A stretch of DNA of 63,777 bases, from positions 1 through 63,777 of the IMG/VR virus record IMGVR_UViG_3300025013_000109; one strand, written 5' to 3'. Within the stretch, counting starts at the first letter, position 1; the number at the start of each line of letters is the position of its first letter. Shown piece after piece: positions 58,916 through 63,777 of this stretch. The translations under genes and the position numbers were made by a program. The stretch comes from a virus. Its lineage: Duplodnaviria > Caudoviricetes. Under the pieces are notes generated by a model that saw only the letters and a program-made list of their open reading frames with translations, searched no databases and had not been told where the DNA came from.

Positions 58916-58979
58916 AGATTTATTTTATTCAATGCGACACCCCCTCCGTTTGCCTGCCTGTCCGGTAGGCAGGGAGGGG

Positions 58980-59993
58980 TTAGGGGAGGCTTTTCGGCCA
59001 TTCGTGCCATTCCTTCCCATCAAGCAGATCACCGGCAGCTTTGCGGCCAACTTTAGCATAAACCATACGATGATCAGTTATGCCTTTTAAAATCGAAAGC
59101 GGATATTTTTTTACATCTCCTATATTGGCCGATACCCATTCCCCCCACTGCTTAAAGAAAAACGGCACTCCGGCTTTCTGGCATTGATCTCGGATCGTTC
59201 TAACCCAATCGGGGTGCATGGGCCGGGCCTTGGGTCCCGATTCACCTCCACAGATTACCCAATCGAGTCCTTTTTCAATGACATTATTATCGTGCGTAAT
59301 TGAATTATTATCAAGCGAATCAATAGCATGAATTGAACTATCTGCAATCCAGGCTAAATCCACCGGCCCCAGCATCGGCTCAATGCTCACAAACCGTTTG
59401 GCGGCAGGTATCTGGAGTAAGATTGGGATTCGTTTATTGGCTTCCTCCTGATTTTCGGCGGTAACTCCGAGCCATAGGTTTGGAAAATTGGCGGCAACAT
59501 TACTATTCTTAAGCCAGGAGAAAAACTTCGCCATGCTTTCGGGACGTTTGGTAAGAACGACGAAAATATGAGTTGGTTTGTCGTGGATAACCTGAAAAAC
59601 CAACTTTTTAAATTCGTGTGAAACTGATTCGTGAAACAGGTCGCCCATAGAGCATACGAAGATCATGCGTGGAGTTTTCCATTTAAAGGGGATAAGAAGC
59701 TGCTCCTGACGAAAAATCGTATGGCCGTTCCATGAAGTTTGTTTGTTATTTTGATCTGGAAACAGGACGCATTTGTAGTCAAGGCTTACTGACTGATTGG
59801 GCATTGAAGCCAAACGTACAGCCATTCGTTCGGCATAGCAATTGTCGCATCCTGGCGATACTTTGCTACAACCAACAATCGGGTTCCATGTTTCGGGTTT
59901 GTAGCCTGGCATATTGAGCCAGGAGATTTTATGCAGTTTGCCGCGTTGTCCGGCTTCAATCTGATCGTGGTAATGTTCTTTGGTCGCTGACAT
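58980..59993 (-). CDS. DUF5131 / Gp37Gp68-family protein
   Basis: WNPIVGCSKVSPGCDNCYA, FVCSMGDLFH, WVICGGESG, PFFFKQWG. Confidence 0.9.
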   Translation of the reverse strand: MSATKEHYHDQIEAGQRGKLHKISWLNMPGYKPETWNPIVGCSKVSPGCDNCYAERMAVRLASMPNQSVSLDYKCVLFPDQNNKQTSWNGHTIFRQEQLLIPFKWKTPRMIFVCSMGDLFHESVSHEFKKLVFQVIHDKPTHIFVVLTKRPESMAKFFSWLKNSNVAANFPNLWLGVTAENQEEANKRIPILLQIPAAKRFVSIEPMLGPVDLAWIADSSIHAIDSLDNNSITHDNNVIEKGLDWVICGGESGPKARPMHPDWVRTIRDQCQKAGVPFFFKQWGEWVSANIGDVKKYPLSILKGITDHRMVYAKVGRKAAGDLLDGKEWHEWPKSLP

Positions 59994-60059
59994 GATTTTA
60001 AAATTTACTATTTTGTTATTTACTATTTACTATTTGTTGTTTGGGTGAGAGAGGGGGCA

Positions 60060-60365
60060 TTAGGTAAATAAGTATCTCTCATTTTCTTCAACTATTGTGG
60101 TGGTAAAAGGGAATCCGGTTTCCGGAATCTTCTGAATCACTTCAATCAAGCCGGTTGATCCGGTAAAAACAACATGTTTTCGCTGATCAAATGATATTTG
60201 CAAACACAAACATTTACCTGATCCTCGCTCTTTAAATACTTTCGAGTCTTCAATTCTGAAATGATGGACCACAATTTCACGGTTCATAATCTTCGACATT
60301 TTAATCTTGTCTCCTTCAAAAGCCTGGCTTTCGACCTTGATATTGAACTGGCTAAACGTGTTCAT
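60060..60365 (-). CDS. DGR-linked ~100-aa protein, homolog of 19798..20115
   Basis: Overlaps the RT2 stop; motif similarity to 19798..20115. Confidence 0.8.
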   Translation of the reverse strand: MNTFSQFNIKVESQAFEGDKIKMSKIMNREIVVHHFRIEDSKVFKERGSGKCLCLQISFDQRKHVVFTGSTGLIEVIQKIPETGFPFTTTIVEENERYLFT

Positions 60366-61311
60366 GGAGCAATTTTTTCAGAAGGTTTTTACTGTCGCAG
60401 TGCGATGCCCATCCATTGTATGATGCAATTGATTTGGCGTTCCGGTTACGGACCATCATCCGTGCAAAGTTTTTCTTGATGCTCTTCCGGAGCAGCGTAT
60501 GAGTGTGACGGAAGACATAACCGACAAAATCAATTCCCCGTTCATCGACCGGGAATATTTGATAGTTACCTTTGACGGTAAGCTTCAGCCGGTCATTCAG
60601 ATAAGTCCTGATTTCAGCAAGTAATTGATGTAAATAATGCTTGCTGCTTGAAAGGATTACAAGATCATCGGCATAGCGGAAATAGTATCTCACCTGTCTA
60701 TTTTCCTTCATCCAGTGATCAAAATAGCTCAGGTAAAAATTGGCAAAATACTGGCTCAGGTAATTTCCGATCGGAAGGCCATCGGTTGAATCAATAATCT
60801 CATTGAGAAGCCACAGTAGGTCATTATCCTTTATTTTTCGACGGAGCAGCTGCTTGAGTATTTCATGATCAACATTCGGGTAAAACTTGGTGATGTCCAG
60901 CTTCAGGCAGTATTGGGTATTGTCAACATCTTTCAGGGCACGTTTCACCGCATTGGCCGCAGCGTGGATGCCTTTGCCTTTGATGCAACTGTAAGTATCG
61001 GCAGTAAATGTTGAGACAAAAATCGGCTCAAGGACGTTCATCACAGCGTGATGGGTGATCCGGTCAGGAAAATAAGGCAACCGGAAGATCAGCCGCTCTT
61101 TAGGTTCAAAGATGGTGAACGTGGTATATTCAGACGTTTGATAAGTTTTCTCCTTCAGCATTTCATGAAGCTTTTGAATGTTTTCTTCCCGATTCCGGTC
61201 ATGCTCGATTACTCCAGGTTGTTTCGATTTACCTTTCCGGGCAATCGTATCAGCCAACTGGAGGTTTTCGATGCTGTAAATTTTCTCGTACAAATTATTG
61301 ATCCGTTTCAT
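60352..61311 (-). CDS. DGR reverse transcriptase (RT2)
   Basis: FPDRITHHA, KLDITKFYP, GLPIGNYLSQ, RYADD, IDFVGY; start reassigned to MKRINNLY at 61311. Confidence 0.95.
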   Translation of the reverse strand: MKRINNLYEKIYSIENLQLADTIARKGKSKQPGVIEHDRNREENIQKLHEMLKEKTYQTSEYTTFTIFEPKERLIFRLPYFPDRITHHAVMNVLEPIFVSTFTADTYSCIKGKGIHAAANAVKRALKDVDNTQYCLKLDITKFYPNVDHEILKQLLRRKIKDNDLLWLLNEIIDSTDGLPIGNYLSQYFANFYLSYFDHWMKENRQVRYYFRYADDLVILSSSKHYLHQLLAEIRTYLNDRLKLTVKGNYQIFPVDERGIDFVGYVFRHTHTLLRKSIKKNFARMMVRNRNAKSIASYNGWASHCDSKNLLKKLLHEHV

Positions 61312-61444
61312 GTTTGGTTCCTGAGCCCGTCGAAGGGCCTTTGCTTTTAATGGATCGTTTTCTCCCGAGTACTCGGGATACCAACGCTCCGTTAAAGAAT
61401 TCGTTATTTTTTGCACTGTTGGCAAGGTCTACACTGAAAGTTTC

Positions 61445-61525
61445 GCATAGGTGAGAGCTGACATTCGTATTCGTGTTATCGTAGTTGTAATTCGAGTTCG
61501 AAAAACTGAAACTGGAAGACAGAAC
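61445..61525 (-). repeat. DGR2 template repeat (TR2)
   Basis: Matches 61639..61719 (17/81 mismatches) and 62052..62129 (16/78); all mismatches at TR adenines. Confidence 0.95.
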
Positions 61526-61557
61526 TAACAGCAACGCAGCGTACAACCTTTTTTATT

Positions 61558-61965
61558 TCACTCCGGATACAGGAAGAATTCCTGGTATTCGGCCTTGAAC
61601 TGTTCTGCTATATAAAGGGCCTTTTCACTTGTATCAGTGCAAAGGCGAGAGCCGACACACGTATGCGAGTAAGCGCAGAGGTAACCCGAGTACGAAAAAC
61701 CGAAACCGGAAGACAGAACCCTATACCATGGGAAGTATTTGTATTGCGATAATTTGCTCCAGTCTGGACGCCATCCGTCGTTTATCGCCTTGAAAATAAT
61801 CAGGAGTTTATAAGCGTTGATGATTGGCTTTCTGAACTCTTTCGGGATCATCGATACATCGGGCAATGCAGTTGGATCAATGTTTTCTTTTGTACAAGCA
61901 TCCTCGAATGTTTTGATTGTTCTGAAATCGAATACAGGTTGGTTTTTCACTGATTTTTTGGCCAT
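61558..61965 (-). CDS. DGR2 target protein A
   Basis: 135 aa; contains VR2a; paralog of 61971..62435. Confidence 0.9.
   Translation of the reverse strand: MAKKSVKNQPVFDFRTIKTFEDACTKENIDPTALPDVSMIPKEFRKPIINAYKLLIIFKAINDGWRPDWSKLSQYKYFPWYRVLSSGFGFSYSGYLCAYSHTCVGSRLCTDTSEKALYIAEQFKAEYQEFFLYPE
61639..61719 (-). repeat. DGR2 variable repeat VR2a
   Basis: Encodes VLSSGFGFSYSGYLCAYSHTCVGSRLC. Confidence 0.93.
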
Positions 61966-61970
61966 GATTT

Positions 61971-62435
61971 TTATTTTTTAATGGTTATAAATTGTTCGTA
62001 GATATCAAGGAATTGCTTGGCTGCATAAGTGCATTTAGCCTCAGACTCGAAGCAAAGGCGAGAGCCGACAGACGTAAACGTGACAACGTAGTAGTAACAC
62101 GAGTACGAAAAACCGAAACCGGAAGACAGCTTGAAGTAAGGCCACCATTTTTGCTGATTGGCATTGTCCCAATCGGGTGTCCAGTTCTGGTTAATTGCCT
62201 TTGCGATAACCTTTAATTTTTTGTAGGCTACTTCATCAGAGCAGTCATTTGCGTTGAATACATCTTCCGGATATATTTCCAGTTCTTCGCAAGCATCCTC
62301 AAAGGTTTTAATGTCTTCGAAGGTTTTTTTCTTGAAACAGTCATCTCCAAATGTTTCGGTTAATACTTTCCGGAACCACTCTGGTGATTCGGGATAGAGT
62401 TTTTTTGCAGTTGTTTTTTCAAGTGTTAATTTCAT
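61971..62435 (-). CDS. DGR2 target protein B
   Basis: 154 aa; IKTFEDAC..AYKKL..I.KAIN..W.PDW shared with target A; contains VR2b. Confidence 0.9.
   Translation of the reverse strand: MKLTLEKTTAKKLYPESPEWFRKVLTETFGDDCFKKKTFEDIKTFEDACEELEIYPEDVFNANDCSDEVAYKKLKVIAKAINQNWTPDWDNANQQKWWPYFKLSSGFGFSYSCYYYVVTFTSVGSRLCFESEAKCTYAAKQFLDIYEQFITIKK
62052..62129 (-). repeat. DGR2 variable repeat VR2b
   Basis: Encodes LSSGFGFSYSCYYYVVTFTSVGSRLC. Confidence 0.93.
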
Positions 62436-62635
62436 GATTTTAAAGTTGTTTTTATTACTTGGTTACTATTCAATTGCTTTTTATCAGCAGCCGGTGCATA
62501 AGTCCCATGCATCGTTTTTTGATGGCGTGGCGAGTTCAGGAGTAAATCAGTTTCAATTAATTCTTCACGGGAACAGTTGCGGAGAAATTGCTCCGGAGTT
62601 ACCTCCAGCGAGAACATCTTATCGAGTTTTGGCAT
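62432..62635 (-). CDS. Hypothetical protein
   Basis: 67 aa, 4-bp overlap with target B. Confidence 0.6.
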   Translation of the reverse strand: MPKLDKMFSLEVTPEQFLRNCSREELIETDLLLNSPRHQKTMHGTYAPAADKKQLNSNQVIKTTLKS

Positions 62636-62656
62636 AAAAGTTAACTTATAGGTTAA

Positions 62657-62881
62657 TTATTGTAAAAATTGGAAGGGCCAGTGACCAATCGGACGCATTG
62701 ACCAATAGAAATTTTGCCTTTGCGACCGGTCTATTTTTAGTTTTCCGTGCAACCTTATTTCCTTCTGTATCAGCTTGCAATTGTGTTGCCTGATGGCGTA
62801 TTTCATAGATGTGCATCCGGTAAATGATGACAATTGCAACCACAGAACCAGAAGTGCAATAACTTTTACTGATCTTTTCAT
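62657..62881 (-). CDS. Putative small lipoprotein
   Basis: Basic + hydrophobic N-terminus and FTGC lipobox-like motif. Confidence 0.5.
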   Translation of the reverse strand: MKRSVKVIALLVLWLQLSSFTGCTSMKYAIRQHNCKLIQKEIRLHGKLKIDRSQRQNFYWSMRPIGHWPFQFLQ

Positions 62882-63270
62882 TTGGCTAATTTTCGGCGGT
62901 GATATTCGGTCGGAACGTATGATTTTCGGATGACTTCGTGAAAAAGTTGCCCTTCGCCTTTACAGGTTGTACATGGGTGAAATTCAATTTCTTCTTTTCG
63001 GTCATCAGGGAATATCTTCCGGCATTGGCTACCTCCACAATCAGGACAGGTAATAATCATTCCATGTGTTTTCTGGAATATGGCAGGCCGGTCTTCATTG
63101 GCCGGGTCTTCCAACATTCGTTTCAGCTTCATTGCACGGTCGCGTAGTTCTATTGATCCGAATTGATGGGAGAGCATGGCTTCCATGGCTTCGCGTACCA
63201 GATACTTCGTTTCTTGGTCCATCTGCAGCGATTGTTCGTGGTGGTCAGTTTTGGTGAGTTTTGTAATCAT
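62878..63270 (-). CDS. Hypothetical protein with CxxCxGxG zinc finger
   Basis: CPDCGGS and CTTCKGEG. Confidence 0.65.
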   Translation of the reverse strand: MITKLTKTDHHEQSLQMDQETKYLVREAMEAMLSHQFGSIELRDRAMKLKRMLEDPANEDRPAIFQKTHGMIITCPDCGGSQCRKIFPDDRKEEIEFHPCTTCKGEGQLFHEVIRKSYVPTEYHRRKLAK

Positions 63271-63542
63271 TGGTTTTGGAGGTTAATAAATTCGGTCATT
63301 AGTTTTTTAAAGCACCGGTGACTTTCGCTTGGTATTAGTCCACGTATTTCGCTGCGGTGATGGTCCCAGAACCGGCGCATTTTATCGTCGGTATTGTAAG
63401 GATAGAATTCAAGCTGATTTTTTAAATGCTCGCGGGCTTGCTTAACTGCGCCGTGATCGATGTACCGGTAACCTTTCGCTTCAATTTTTTTCTGAAGGCG
63501 AATCAGCTTCTCGATATATTGTCGGGCTTCCTGGGCAAACAT
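63267..63542 (-). CDS. Hypothetical protein
   Basis: 91 aa, coupled overlap. Confidence 0.6.
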   Translation of the reverse strand: MFAQEARQYIEKLIRLQKKIEAKGYRYIDHGAVKQAREHLKNQLEFYPYNTDDKMRRFWDHHRSEIRGLIPSESHRCFKKLMTEFINLQNQ

Positions 63543-63564
63543 GGGACGAATATTTACGATTTAT

Positions 63565-63777
63565 TTATTTGCTATTTACCATTTCAATCATCTGTTCACC
63601 AAAATCGCGCGACATGCGGGTGTATTGCAACGATAGGGCGGCGATGGTAATTTGTCGTTCCAGGTCAGGATCCTTCTCGGCAGCTTCGGCAAGCTTATCG
63701 CCAAAGTCGGTAACCTCGCCACCATAAATAATAATCCTACGGCTGCCGTCTTTTAAATTGGCTATTCCTGATTTCAT
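63565..63777 (-). CDS. Hypothetical protein at window edge
   Basis: 70 aa ORF starting at the last base of the window. Confidence 0.5.
   Translation of the reverse strand: MKSGIANLKDGSRRIIIYGGEVTDFGDKLAEAAEKDPDLERQITIAALSLQYTRMSRDFGEQMIEMVNSK

Larger units (their letters stand above)
1..63777. mobile_element. Temperate tailed prophage (siphovirus-like), boundaries not visible
   Basis: Integrase, lysis, long tape measure, no sheath seen, portal, terminase, capsid, protease, primase-helicase. Confidence 0.93.

Noticed and set aside
61295-61546. 83-aa ORF over TR2 and 38-aa N-terminal extension of RT2
   Set aside because: Translation of TR and spacer; RT homology to RT1 begins at MKRINN (61311).
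1643-63650. Numerous + strand ORFs of 60-200 aa
   Set aside because: Antisense shadows of well-supported - strand genes, with no recognisable motifs.

Overview
The window is most of a temperate tailed prophage of a Bacteroidota host (TAnnTTTG-type promoters, A/T-rich translation starts). A + strand tyrosine integrase is followed by about 62 kb that is almost entirely - strand. Reading right to left there is an early/replication region (small ORFs, methyltransferases, primase-helicase fusion, iteron-like origin), then head and packaging genes, an accessory island between terminase and portal, glycosyltransferases, tail genes and lysis genes. No repressor or att site is visible. Main points: (1) Two independent diversity-generating retroelements (DGRs). 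DGR1 diversifies a tail-region protein. DGR2 has one TR and diversifies two small paralogous early-region proteins at internal VRs. All TR/VR mismatches fall at TR adenines. Neither cassette shows an Avd, but both carry the same ~100-aa gene downstream of the RT. (2) An island resembling a plasmid leading region, in which each operon is preceded by a long imperfect hairpin that would form a promoter only as single-stranded DNA (Frpo-like). A covarying pseudoknot-like leader lies before four start codons. (3) A fixed-spacing promoter motif (GTCCTTT plus a -7 box) in front of about 10 late operons. (4) Late glycosyltransferases and a shared SxxDLGV C-terminus on the capsid and putative tail tube proteins. 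(5) Many host-type REP palindromes, some inserted in-frame in genes. All alignments and counts were done by eye; no database searches were run.
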